The notes: generated by a model from the letters alone, not told the origin. A stretch of 64,000 bases of DNA from an uncultured delta proteobacterium (GCA_963845145.1 CAWJQU010000001.1:32001-96000), one strand, 5' to 3'; shown: positions 19,878-31,253, numbered from the stretch's first letter. Translations and numbers: made by a program.

Positions 19878-19937
19878 GAGCATCAAAGCTAATTCAGCCA
19901 ACGTAAAAATCCGCGCGGCTGATTAGCAACGTTACGC
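19878..19937 (+). other. attC site with degenerate R''
   Basis: L'' TAATTCAG / L' CTGATTA with canonical 5-nt spacers, R' GTTACGC; R'' reads GAGCATC instead of ending in AAC. Confidence 0.75.
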
Positions 19938-19977
19938 CACAAACCAACAAAGCATATTTCCGTAATTTCAAAGCACT

Positions 19978-20469
19978 ATGAATGTAATAATCGATAAAAA
20001 TCCATCAAAAGTTGAAGTTGACCGATTAAACAATCTTCTCTTTGAATATAACCAATCCAAAGTGCGAGATTATTCATACAATGATTTCATAATCAAACTT
20101 GAAGATGAATCAAAACAAATGGTAGCGGGTATACACTGCATTATTGGCGGAGGTTGGCTATATATCGATAGTTTGTGGGTAAAACAGAATCTAAGAAACG
20201 AAGGATTTGGAAAAAAACTTGTAAAAATGGCAGAGGATGAAGCTTTAAAACAAGATTGTATCGGAATATATCTCTATACTTACAGCTTCCAGAGCCCAAA
20301 ATTTTACAAGAAACTGGGCTTTAGAGAATTTGGTACATTAAACAACTTTGCCAAAGATCACAAAAAGCAATACATGGTGAAATCTTTGGTAAACACCACT
20401 GGTGGGGACGCTAAAATCATTAGCCTCACAGTTCAACCGTTATGGTGCGACACGAAGTCGCATAGTTGA
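19978..20469 (+). CDS. GNAT-family N-acetyltransferase (gene cassette; reads through its attC into the intron)
   Basis: WLYIDSLWV, RNEGFGKKL, TYSFQSPKFYKKLGF; the domain ends near ...MVKSL, where the attC begins. Confidence 0.85.
   Translation: MNVIIDKNPSKVEVDRLNNLLFEYNQSKVRDYSYNDFIIKLEDESKQMVAGIHCIIGGGWLYIDSLWVKQNLRNEGFGKKLVKMAEDEALKQDCIGIYLYTYSFQSPKFYKKLGFREFGTLNNFAKDHKKQYMVKSLVNTTGGDAKIISLTVQPLWCDTKSHS
20388..20444 (+). other. Degenerate attC whose R' core is interrupted by the intron
   Basis: L'' CACTGGTG / L' CACAGTT, stem GCTAA/TTAGC, 5-nt spacer, then GTTATG directly before the intron 5' end. Confidence 0.7.
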
Positions 20470-21249
20470 GTGTATTAAGAAGTACAAGAATACCCGGCAT
20501 GTTCCTGCCGGACCTTACGCAGGCGTGCTGCCGTTGCGCTGATGACGGGGTGCGAAGCCCTGCGGACAATGTACCGAATTGGGTTTGAATGGTGACAGGA
20601 GAACCCCTCCGGAAATTCTCTCCGGTTAAGGGCTAAGGTCGGACGATATGGCTAAGATATCTGAATGTTTGTAAGCGTCGTCAATGAGCACGGGCCTAAG
20701 AGAATTAACAGGTCTAAGGCTGCTTCTCAGAGTTTACAGCAAGTGGTCAGGATGCAGGTCTTATAACTGCCTGTACGGAACCGTTGCACCACCGGCGTAA
20801 AGGACGCGCCTAAGTCGTCCATTGGATCAACTATGTGGAACGTGGGAACCCAGTCCCGTCGCCCTTTGGGCAGGCTAACCGCAAGGCATGCTGTTGGCGG
20901 GCTGGAATAGGAGGCTGAAAGAAGCAAATGCTTGGCTGTAATGGTCGGGATACCGGGTGCAATATTCTCGGCTCCGTAAGGAGGCAGACTTTCAGCGGGT
21001 CTCTGGTCACGTGAAAGGTGATTGAATCAGATGAAAGCAGGGAAAGCAAATGATGTCCACTTTTGGGTGAGACGGTGCGCTCTGCATGCCTATGGCTACT
21101 CTGACGATCATGCGGTAACGTGAAGTAAGATTAATTTGCGGGAATCCCCATAAGGGAAACCTTGGCGGAGGCTTGAGCGGTGTGACGGGAAACTGTCACG
21201 CACCGTTCTTAGGGGGCTTGGGGATGGCAACATCCCCTGGCTACCCGAC
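20445..21249 (+). mobile_element. Group IIB intron, ORF-less (intron-encoded protein deleted)
   Basis: 5' GTGCGACACGAAG; domain V GAGCGGTGTGACGGGAAACTGTCACGCACCGTTC; domain VI ending GGCTACCCGAC; EBS1 hairpin at 20753-20775; no RT ORF. Confidence 0.9.
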
Positions 21250-21295
21250 TTTGAATGTCTAACCTGATATTTGCTTCAAAATTCAAGGATAAACT

Positions 21296-22105
21296 TTGAG
21301 AAGTACACTGATTGACAGGTTGGTTGAAGAAAATGAAGGAAAACCTATTATATTGGGACATAGAGGTGTCAGAAAAGAAGGCTTACCAGAAAACACCATC
21401 TCAGCATTTGAAGAGGCACTCAGGCGTGGGGCTTCGGGAATTGAAGTTGATGTAGAGTCTACGTCAGATGGTAAACTTATAGTGGCAAACCGTTGGTTTT
21501 TTCAATCTGAATTCGATTTTTTTCCTTGGAAAAAATCTCTTAAAACAATCCAGGGGATTGCAAGAGAAAAGGGCATTGAAATTCCAACTTTTTCCGAAAC
21601 CTGTCGGTTTATAGGTAAGAAGAAAAACATCATATTTAATGTCGAGATTAAATCAAGCCACCCCTTTATCTGTCACACTGCACGAAAAGCCGTAAACATC
21701 ATACGTCATCACGGCATTGATGAACAGGTGATTATTTCGTCCTTTGATCTAAATACACTTCTTACCACGCGCTTTTTTCATCGCACCATTGAGACTGCAT
21801 ACCTCTTTCGAAGCGTAGATCGCGTTGTGAACCTTGAGGACAAAAAAAAGTTGTACTACATCGTTTCCTCATGGATAAATCGTACAGGCATCAAAGGGTT
21901 TCTCGCAGGGGTAGACACTTTACATCCAGAGATCTCTCTTTTCCCGAATGATTCCACAAAGAGCGTAAAATTATGGATGAAGGCTGCGAAACAGATGGGA
22001 AAACGTGTCAATACATGGACCGTGGATACGGAAGAAGATCTATCAAGAGCGATATTGGCCGGTGTAAAAATAGTAATCTCTGACAGCGTAAAAAAAGTTA
22101 TTTGA
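21296..22105 (+). CDS. Glycerophosphodiester phosphodiesterase family protein (gene cassette)
   Basis: GHRG, PENTISAF, IEVDV, NVEIK, ISSF, WTVD motifs; the second catalytic His position appears altered. Confidence 0.85.
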   Translation: MRSTLIDRLVEENEGKPIILGHRGVRKEGLPENTISAFEEALRRGASGIEVDVESTSDGKLIVANRWFFQSEFDFFPWKKSLKTIQGIAREKGIEIPTFSETCRFIGKKKNIIFNVEIKSSHPFICHTARKAVNIIRHHGIDEQVIISSFDLNTLLTTRFFHRTIETAYLFRSVDRVVNLEDKKKLYYIVSSWINRTGIKGFLAGVDTLHPEISLFPNDSTKSVKLWMKAAKQMGKRVNTWTVDTEEDLSRAILAGVKIVISDSVKKVI

Positions 22106-22132
22106 ATTGATTCCTTCTTTCGTAGTGAAAAA

Positions 22133-22160
22133 ATATAACCTTGCTGTTGCAGTGGACGGC
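22133..22160 (+). other. Left half of a truncated attC
   Basis: ATATAAC (6/7 complementary to the restored GTTATGT), 5-nt spacer, TGTTGCAGTGGACGGC; no right arm. Confidence 0.5.
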
Positions 22161-22165
22161 TCGTT

Positions 22166-22461
22166 AAAAGCCCCCACGCAGATCAGTTCATCCTCAAGGG
22201 AGCCCTGATGTTCTCTACATGGTGTGGACCTGCATCACGTCCCACCATGGATATTGACCTCTTGGGAAAAATAGATAACCGGATAGACACAAGAATGTTC
22301 AATGGAGGGGTTTCATCAGGAAGGCTAAGCTGATCGGCGCACCAGAGACGTTTGAGGAAATCGCTACCGCTGTGAAACTTTTCCTCGAACCTCTTACGAG
22401 GACGATAGCTGAGCGAAAAGCGTTCAATAGTATCTGGACCGCTTCCGGACCGTGGCGGCGA
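22166..22461 (+). pseudogene. AbiEii-like nucleotidyltransferase toxin relic with the middle deleted
   Basis: QFILKGALM..W....RPTMDIDLLG followed shortly by C-terminal-like KNVQWRGFIRK...FLEP...W..SGPW. Confidence 0.7.
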
Positions 22462-22522
22462 CACCGCAGGTACCGTAAGGAGGGCTTTGCCCCTTGGCCA
22501 ATTCAGCTAAAAAGTGTGGGTA

Positions 22523-22556
22523 AAAAAGGGGTTTTGCTAAAAGCATAACCCCTTGA
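22523..22556 (-). terminator. Hairpin/terminator downstream of tRNA-Gln
   Basis: GGGGTTTTGCT-AAA-AGCATAACCCC stem; A-run on the plus strand gives a U-tail for minus-strand transcription. Confidence 0.55.
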
Positions 22557-22562
22557 ATTTTT

Positions 22563-22636
22563 TGGCTGGGAGACAAGGATTCGAACCTTGGTTGGCGGAG
22601 TCAGAGTCCGCAGTCCTGCCGCTGGACGATCTCCCA
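22563..22636 (-). tRNA. tRNA-Gln (anticodon CTG)
   Basis: Reverse complement TGGGAGA...GCGGA-CTCTGAC-TCCGC...GGTTCGAATCC...TCTCCCAGCCA; CCA encoded. Confidence 0.95.
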
Positions 22637-22676
22637 GTGGATTTGGGAATTCTAATAATGTTTTTTATTCCATCCG

Positions 22677-22843
22677 TCAAGTTTGATGGCGTCGTAAAAA
22701 GACTCATCTACGGCGTTGTTATGGTTTTCCAGACTCTCAACATACTACATGTATAGTTTCGATCCTGTAAAACCACAACGCCTTGTATATGAGCCTTTTA
22801 ACTTAGCCATCCGTGCTACTTTTTACGTGTGCATCAAGTTTGA
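22677..22843. repeat. MITE/REP-like palindromic element
   Basis: TCAAGTTTGA at both ends; inner inverted repeats TG..GTCGTAAAAAG / CTTTTTACGTGTGCA; long internal hairpin. Confidence 0.7.
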
Positions 22844-22882
22844 ATTCGAATGGTTTTTTCTATTTTGCCGGTTTCTCGATAC

Positions 22883-24295
22883 CTATTCCATCTGTTTCTC
22901 GATAAAGGATATCGCCCCTTGGATCCTTTTTAGAGTCTGCTCGCGACCGATGATAGCAATGATTTCAAAGATGCCCGGGCTGACCGTTTTGCCGGTTAGC
23001 GCCACGCGGACGGGTTGGGCGATTTTCCCGAGTTTTAGGCCGGTCGCTTCCATCACGGCCTTAAAAGCATCTTCGAGAGCCTTTTCTTCAAACTCGGGTA
23101 AATCCGATAGCGCCTGGTGTATGCTTTTCAACGGATTGAGGGTAGCCGGTTTTAAAAACTTTTTGGCCGCTTTTTCTTCGAAGACAATGTTGTTGTCGTA
23201 ATAAAACTGGGCGCTTTTCGCCATTTCGTCCAGGGTTTTGCTGCGAGGTATTAGCGTTTCGATGACCTTTTCCGCTGCGGCGGTCGGTTTTTCTTCGGCG
23301 TTATACCCCTGGGCTTTTAAAAATGAATGTAATTGGGGGTATAATTTTTGGGGCGTACTTTGTCGAATATGGTCCGCATTCAGGGCCTGCAGTTTATCCG
23401 GGTCGAACACGCCAGCCGACTGGCCGATATTTTCCAGGGAAAATTTTTCAATGAGATCGTCACGGGTGAAAAATTCCTGGTCGCCATGAGACCACCCCAA
23501 GCGGACGAGGTAATTGATCAATGCATCGGGCAGATAGCCCATATCCCGGTAGGCGGTTACCGACATGGCACCATGGCGCTTGCTGAGCCGGGAACGGTCA
23601 CTTCCCAATACCATGGGCACATGGCCGAAAACGGGTAGATCGGCTTCAAGGGCGTGGTAAAGCTGGATTTGCTTGGGGGTATTGTTGACATGGTCGTCGC
23701 CCCGAATCACGGTGTTGATCCCCATGGTGACATCGTCCACCACAACGACAAAATTGTAGGTCGGAATACCGTCGCTGCGTTGAATGATAAAATCGTCTAA
23801 CTCGGTGTTTTGAAAAACGATGTTGCCTTTGATCACGTCTTTGACAACAGTACTCCCGGCTTGTGGTGCGGCAAAGCGCACCACGGCATCCTCGGAATCG
23901 GATAATTCCTTATGGCGGCACGTGCCGTCGTACTTGGGTTTGCGGCCTTCGGCCTGGGCTTGTTTTCGCATCTGTTCCAGCCGCTCAGCCGAACAGGTGC
24001 AATAATAGGCCCGGCCCGCCTCAATGAGTTTTTCGATATGCTTTTTGTAAATCGCCAACCTCTGGGTTTGAAAATAGGGGCCGTCATCCCAATCGATACC
24101 CAGCCAGTTGAGGGCGTCGAAAATGGCATCCACCGATTCCTGGGTGGACCGGACGGTGTCGGTGTCTTCAATTCTTAAGATAAAGCGCCCTTTCATGTGT
24201 CGCGCGTAAAGCCAGTTAAACAGAGCCGTTCGCGCGCCTCCCAGGTGAAGGTAGCCGGTGGGGCTGGGCGGGAAACGAGTAATAATCGGGTCCAT
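22883..24295 (-). CDS. gltX: Glutamate--tRNA ligase
   Basis: RFPPSPTGYLHLGG (HIGH) and RLSKR (KMSKS) motifs. Confidence 0.96.
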   Translation of the reverse strand: MDPIITRFPPSPTGYLHLGGARTALFNWLYARHMKGRFILRIEDTDTVRSTQESVDAIFDALNWLGIDWDDGPYFQTQRLAIYKKHIEKLIEAGRAYYCTCSAERLEQMRKQAQAEGRKPKYDGTCRHKELSDSEDAVVRFAAPQAGSTVVKDVIKGNIVFQNTELDDFIIQRSDGIPTYNFVVVVDDVTMGINTVIRGDDHVNNTPKQIQLYHALEADLPVFGHVPMVLGSDRSRLSKRHGAMSVTAYRDMGYLPDALINYLVRLGWSHGDQEFFTRDDLIEKFSLENIGQSAGVFDPDKLQALNADHIRQSTPQKLYPQLHSFLKAQGYNAEEKPTAAAEKVIETLIPRSKTLDEMAKSAQFYYDNNIVFEEKAAKKFLKPATLNPLKSIHQALSDLPEFEEKALEDAFKAVMEATGLKLGKIAQPVRVALTGKTVSPGIFEIIAIIGREQTLKRIQGAISFIEKQME

Positions 24296-24821
24296 GGTGA
24301 TTCCTTTTTTGTTAGGTCGAATTTTTTAGATTTATTCCTGTTTTAACTTTGTTTTCAAAATGTTAGCATTCAATATGGCTCTATTTAACATGGTTTGATT
24401 TGATATACTTGGATCAAGGCACGCCACAACCAATGTCTTTATTGCTTGACTCGATTACGCATGTCCTTATTGAAAGAGAAGATAACAGCCTGATAATTAA
24501 AAATATTATCGCAATATTATCCATACCTGAAAATGCCTGGAGGCCATGCAAGCCATTTTACTACAACTAGCCATGTGACAAGTTGAACTAGAAATTTTCT
24601 TAATTCCCAGGTAAATCCAGCCCACGGTCATTTAAAATCCACTGATTCCAGTGCGCAACAAATTTGCGATCAATTATTTTTTCTCGAGTTGTTTGATTTT
24701 AATTATATATCGTATTATATTTAAACGTTATAAGTAACAATCAGTTTTTTAGCATCGCTCGTATTACCATATCGACATCCACCAGGCAATAAAGTTTAAA
24801 TTGGATTGAACATAAAAGCGC

Positions 24822-24850
24822 TTGACATAGGCTTGTTTTTCAATTACTTA
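24822..24850 (+). promoter_or_regulatory. sigma70 promoter candidate for rpmF
   Basis: TTGACA-N17-TACTTA. Confidence 0.5.
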
Positions 24851-24922
24851 ACGTAGGAATTTTGACGATCCAACTAAAAGGATAATATTTTAATATAAAT
24901 ACAGTTAGTTAGGAGATTACTC

Positions 24923-25105
24923 ATGGCCGTTCCAAAACGAAAGACATCCAAGTCGATAAAAAACAAGCGCCGGACCCATCAGAAAACAAGTCCCGCAACG
25001 GTCACATCCTGCCCGGAATGCGGTGAATCCAGGGAACCCCATCGGGCATGTCCCGAGTGCGGAAGCTACAAAGGCCGAACGGTCGTAGAGCCAAAGGACG
25101 ATTAG
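24923..25105 (+). CDS. rpmF: 50S ribosomal protein L32 (zinc-ribbon type)
   Basis: MAVPKRKTSKS; two CPEC motifs; AGGAG RBS. Confidence 0.96.
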   Translation: MAVPKRKTSKSIKNKRRTHQKTSPATVTSCPECGESREPHRACPECGSYKGRTVVEPKDD

Positions 25106-25138
25106 ACCCGAAGATTTAGACCCGAAGATTTAGACCCG
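25102..25138. repeat. 14-bp tandem repeat at the rpmF stop
   Basis: TTAGACCCGAAGAT twice plus a partial third copy. Confidence 0.9.
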
Positions 25139-25384
25139 GGAAAAAACCGTTTAGCAGTATTAAGTTTAGAAATATTAATAGGATGGGTTTCAACATAACA
25201 TCCAGGGCCCGGCAGGTACATGGGCCGGTGAGTGGTGCCTTAGGCACCATTTATATATCTGTTCCCGGGAACATTCTCGCAGTATCTTTACTTTGAACCG
25301 CCGGCCCGCCGGACGCATTGAATCGCGTTCAAGTAAGTGCAGAATCCCATCTTGTAAGATCGAGAAAATGAGGAGAACGACTGA

Positions 25385-27330
<1,946 letters not shown>

Positions 27331-27673
27331 TATCGGCGTTGAATTTAAAAATTTGACGGTTTAGATAATAACGCCTGAACAAAGACCCCTTTGGTTTCAC
27401 CCTTTCGGACATTAGGTCGGACATTGGGTCATAGATGCTTATCTTTGAAGCACCCAGGTTGTTTTTTCGATTATCATCTGGGTTGTTTCTTCGATTATCA
27501 TATTGATCCTGTTTGATAGTGAGAAAATTTTGGGATTGTGAAAAAATATTGCGTTTTTCTTCAGGCGTCGAGCCGGTCAGGAATCCGGTTTTCGTTTTTC
27601 TTGGAGGCGACATTCGTTCGACCGTCGCCTGTAGTTTTTTTTCCAAACCGTCCTGCCTGATGAGGAGGTTGTA

Positions 27674-28933
27674 GTGAATAGACGCGTTGTGATAACCGGT
27701 GTCGGCCTGGTGACCCCACTGGGCGTGGGAGTGGACGAATCATGGCAGGCGTTGTGCAAAGGGCGCTCCGGAGTCGGCCCCATTACACGATTTGATGCCT
27801 CAGCCTATCGCACCCAAATCGCCGCCGAAGTCAAAGGCTTCGACCCCGCAGATTTCCTGCCAAAAAAGGAAGTGTCCCGAACCCAGCCGTTTATGGCCTA
27901 TGCCATCGCAGCCACCCGGATGGCCTTGGAGGATTCAGGGCTGATTATTGACGATGCAAATACCCATCGCGTCGGTGTGATCACCGGCTGCGGACTCGGC
28001 GGGTTGTCCCTGCTTGAATCAACCTGCGAGGTTATCAACACCAAAGGACCGCGACGGGTATCCCCGTTTTTTATACCGACCTTGATCGGTAATATGGCCG
28101 CCGGAATGATCTCCATCAAATTCAACGCCAAGGGACCCAACGCTTCGCTGGCCACCGCCTGCGCCGCCGGAACCCACGCCGTGGGTGACGCCTTTAAATT
28201 GATCCAATCAGGCAAAGCGGATGCCATGATAACCGGTGGGGTCGAATCTGTTGTCACGCCCACGTGCATAGCCGGTTTCGGGGCGATGAAAGCCCTTTCC
28301 ACCCGTAACGATGACCCACAAAAAGCATCCCGCCCTTTTGATCGTGACCGTGACGGGTTTGTGGTGGGTGAAGGGGCCGGAATCGTTATCCTGGAGACAC
28401 TGGAAGCCGCCCTTGACAGAGGGGCCAATATTTATGGTGAAATGATCGGATACGGCATGAGCGGCGACGGGTTTCACATGACCGCCCCAGCGCCGGATGG
28501 TGAAGGCATGGCGCGGTGTATGCAAGCCGCCCTTGACGACGGGAATGTCTCACCTAAGGATATCGGTTATATTAACGCTCACGGCACATCAACACCCATA
28601 AACGACCTGTACGAAACCCGTGCCATCAAAACCGTTTTTAAGGATCAGGCCCCAAAAGTTCCCATCAGTTCGACCAAATCCATGACCGGTCATCTGCTGG
28701 GTGGCGCCGGTGGCATTGAAACGGTTTTTACCACCCTGGCTATCCACAATAGTATTATCCCGCCAACAGTCAATTTTGATCACCCTGGCGAAGAGTGCGA
28801 TCTGGACTATGTCCCCAAAGTGGCCCGTTCAACGAAAATCGATCTGGCTATGACTAACTCTTTTGGATTCGGCGGGACCAACGCCACCTTGATTATTGGC
28901 GCATTTGATGCCAAAGGGTCATTTGCTGACTAA
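27674..28933 (+). CDS. fabF: Beta-ketoacyl-ACP synthase II
   Basis: RRVVITG, TACAAG, NAHGTST, GHLLGG, NSFGFGG. Confidence 0.95.
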   Translation: MNRRVVITGVGLVTPLGVGVDESWQALCKGRSGVGPITRFDASAYRTQIAAEVKGFDPADFLPKKEVSRTQPFMAYAIAATRMALEDSGLIIDDANTHRVGVITGCGLGGLSLLESTCEVINTKGPRRVSPFFIPTLIGNMAAGMISIKFNAKGPNASLATACAAGTHAVGDAFKLIQSGKADAMITGGVESVVTPTCIAGFGAMKALSTRNDDPQKASRPFDRDRDGFVVGEGAGIVILETLEAALDRGANIYGEMIGYGMSGDGFHMTAPAPDGEGMARCMQAALDDGNVSPKDIGYINAHGTSTPINDLYETRAIKTVFKDQAPKVPISSTKSMTGHLLGGAGGIETVFTTLAIHNSIIPPTVNFDHPGEECDLDYVPKVARSTKIDLAMTNSFGFGGTNATLIIGAFDAKGSFAD

Positions 28934-28986
28934 CGTATTCGTTGCAAGATGTGGTAAACCATTAAGCCCAGCCAGAAGGAAATGAT

Positions 28987-29433
28987 ATGACCACCCAAAA
29001 AGCGATTATCATCGGATGCGATCATGCAGCCTACGATTTGAAGGAAATCATCAAAGCCTATTTGCTTGACAACGATCTTCCCGTGGAGGATATCGGCACC
29101 CATGGCACCCAATCGGTCCATTATCCGGAATACGGCGGCAAGGTGGCAGCACGCGTTGGTAGTGGTGAATTTGAGAGGGGAATTCTCATCTGCGGCACCG
29201 GTTTAGGCATGTCCATGGTGGCCAATCGCTATAAAAATGTTCGGGCCGCCCTTTGTAATGATCTTTTTTCGGCCGCCATGAGCCGCCGACATAACAATGC
29301 CAATATTCTTGTCATGGGCGGCCGGGTGATCGGCGTGGATCTGGCCCGGGAAATCGTACGTGTTTTTTTAAAAACCCCTTTCGATGGCGGCCGTCATCAG
29401 TTACGTATCGACCTTATTGAGCAGGCCTCCTGA
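28987..29433 (+). CDS. rpiB: Ribose-5-phosphate isomerase B
   Basis: GCDHAA, CGTGLG, RRHNNAN, GGRH. Confidence 0.93.
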   Translation: MTTQKAIIIGCDHAAYDLKEIIKAYLLDNDLPVEDIGTHGTQSVHYPEYGGKVAARVGSGEFERGILICGTGLGMSMVANRYKNVRAALCNDLFSAAMSRRHNNANILVMGGRVIGVDLAREIVRVFLKTPFDGGRHQLRIDLIEQAS

Positions 29434-29449
29434 ATTAAGTAAGGAAATC

Positions 29450-30706
29450 GTGAACCTATCGTCTATTCAAAAGATCGACCCCGAAGTCGCTGAGGCCATT
29501 CGCAAGGAATGTGACCGCCAAAAAAACACCATCGAACTGATCGCCTCGGAAAATATCGCCAGCCGGGCCGTAATGGCCGCCCAGGGAAGCATCCTAACCA
29601 ATAAATACGCCGAAGGATACCCCGATCGCCGGTATTATGGGGGCTGCCGATATGTCGATGAGGCTGAAACCCTGGCCATCGAACGGGCCAAACAGCTCTT
29701 TGGCACCGATTATGCCAATGTCCAGCCGCATTCCGGGTCCCAGGCCAATATGGCGACTTATTTCGCCCTGCTCGACCCCGGGGATACGCTTCTGGCTATG
29801 GATCTCGCCCACGGCGGTCATTTGACCCATGGTAGCCCGGTCAGTTTCTCCGGTCGACTATATCGGTTTGTTCATTACGGAGTGGACAGGGAAACCGGTC
29901 GAATCAATTATGACAACGTTGCCGCCCTGGCCGAAGAACACCGCCCCAAGATGATTGTCTGCGGTGCCAGCGCGTATTCCCGTATCATCGATTTTGAGGC
30001 ATTTGGCCGAATCGCAAAATCCGTGGATGCCTTATTGTGCGTGGACATGGCCCACATCGCCGGTCTGGTAGCAGCCAGAGTCCACCCATCGCCTTTTCCC
30101 CATGCCGATATCGTCACATCGACCACCCATAAAACCCTGCGGGGGCCCCGCGGAGGGCTGATTCTCTCATCGACGACGCTCGGTAAAAAAATCAACAAGG
30201 AGATCTTCCCTGGAATTCAGGGCGGCCCGTTGATGCATGTGATTGCAGCCAAAGCCGTGGCCTTCAAAGAGGCCTTGACCGATGAATTTACAGCATATCA
30301 ACGCCAGGTTGTCACCAATGCCAAATATATGGCCTCACGATTACGGGACGGGGGTGTTGCTCTCATCAGCGACGGCACAGACAACCACATGATGCTGTTG
30401 GATTTACAAAATCTGAACATCACCGGAAAAGATGCGGAGGCTGCACTTGAAAAGGCCGGTATTACCGTCAACAAAAACAGCATTCCCTTCGATACCCTCG
30501 GTCCAATGATCACCAGCGGTATTCGCATTGGAACGCCTACGGTAACCTCCCGCCAAATGGGCGTTGACCAGATGGCCACGATTGCCGATCTGATTCTGGC
30601 CGTGCTTAAAGCGCCCCGGGATGACCAGGTGATCGCTCGTACCAAGAAAACCGTCCGGGAGTTGTGCGAGGCGTTTCCAATTTATGGAGGCCAATTTGGG
30701 GAATGA
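29450..30706 (+). CDS. glyA: Serine hydroxymethyltransferase
   Basis: [34 protein letters not shown]. Confidence 0.96.
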   Translation: MNLSSIQKIDPEVAEAIRKECDRQKNTIELIASENIASRAVMAAQGSILTNKYAEGYPDRRYYGGCRYVDEAETLAIERAKQLFGTDYANVQPHSGSQANMATYFALLDPGDTLLAMDLAHGGHLTHGSPVSFSGRLYRFVHYGVDRETGRINYDNVAALAEEHRPKMIVCGASAYSRIIDFEAFGRIAKSVDALLCVDMAHIAGLVAARVHPSPFPHADIVTSTTHKTLRGPRGGLILSSTTLGKKINKEIFPGIQGGPLMHVIAAKAVAFKEALTDEFTAYQRQVVTNAKYMASRLRDGGVALISDGTDNHMMLLDLQNLNITGKDAEAALEKAGITVNKNSIPFDTLGPMITSGIRIGTPTVTSRQMGVDQMATIADLILAVLKAPRDDQVIARTKKTVRELCEAFPIYGGQFGE

Positions 30707-30785
30707 ATCGGCCCTTGGGTTTAAATCGACGAATTAACGGTTGCGGCTGCCGCCCGGTATCCGCACAAAGGACTGGAGGTCGCTC

Positions 30786-31253
30786 ATGAAGTGTCCGTTT
30801 TGCAGTGAAATCGATAACAAGGTTATCGACTCCCGTTTGAGCAAGGAAGGTCTGGTTATCCGCCGGCGCCGGGAGTGTCTGATCTGTACCCGTCGATTTA
30901 CCACCTATGAGACGGTAGAAAAAATTCCCATTATGATCCTCAAAAAAGACGGCCGCAGGGAAGCCTACAACCGAGAGAAGGTAGGGGCCGGAATCAAACG
31001 GGCCTGTGAAAAACGAGATATCAGCATGGAAACCATCGACGCGTTTTTAGATGATCTGGAAGGCGATCTGCGGGAAATGGGTAAAAAGGAAATTCCGTCC
31101 CGGGATATCGGCGAGAAAGTGATGGTCAAGCTCCATGAACTCGATGATGTCGCCTATGTACGTTTTGCTTCGGTTTACCATGAGTTTAAAGACGTCAATG
31201 ACTTTGTGGCTGAATTAAAAAGCCTTCTGAGTCAGGAAAACCAGACCAATTAA
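30786..31253 (+). CDS. nrdR: Transcriptional repressor NrdR
   Basis: MKCPFC, RRRREC..C..RFTTYE, ATP cone, VAYVRFASVY. Confidence 0.95.
   Translation: MKCPFCSEIDNKVIDSRLSKEGLVIRRRRECLICTRRFTTYETVEKIPIMILKKDGRREAYNREKVGAGIKRACEKRDISMETIDAFLDDLEGDLREMGKKEIPSRDIGEKVMVKLHELDDVAYVRFASVYHEFKDVNDFVAELKSLLSQENQTN

Noticed and set aside
20727..21049. Minus-strand ORFs of 66 and 72 aa
   Set aside because: Antisense to structured intron RNA; no coding features
22553..23201. Plus-strand ORFs of 67 and 161 aa
   Set aside because: Antisense shadows of tRNA-Gln, the palindromic repeat and gltX
25102..25138. Possible mini CRISPR array
   Set aside because: 14-bp units are directly adjacent with no spacers; no cas genes in the window
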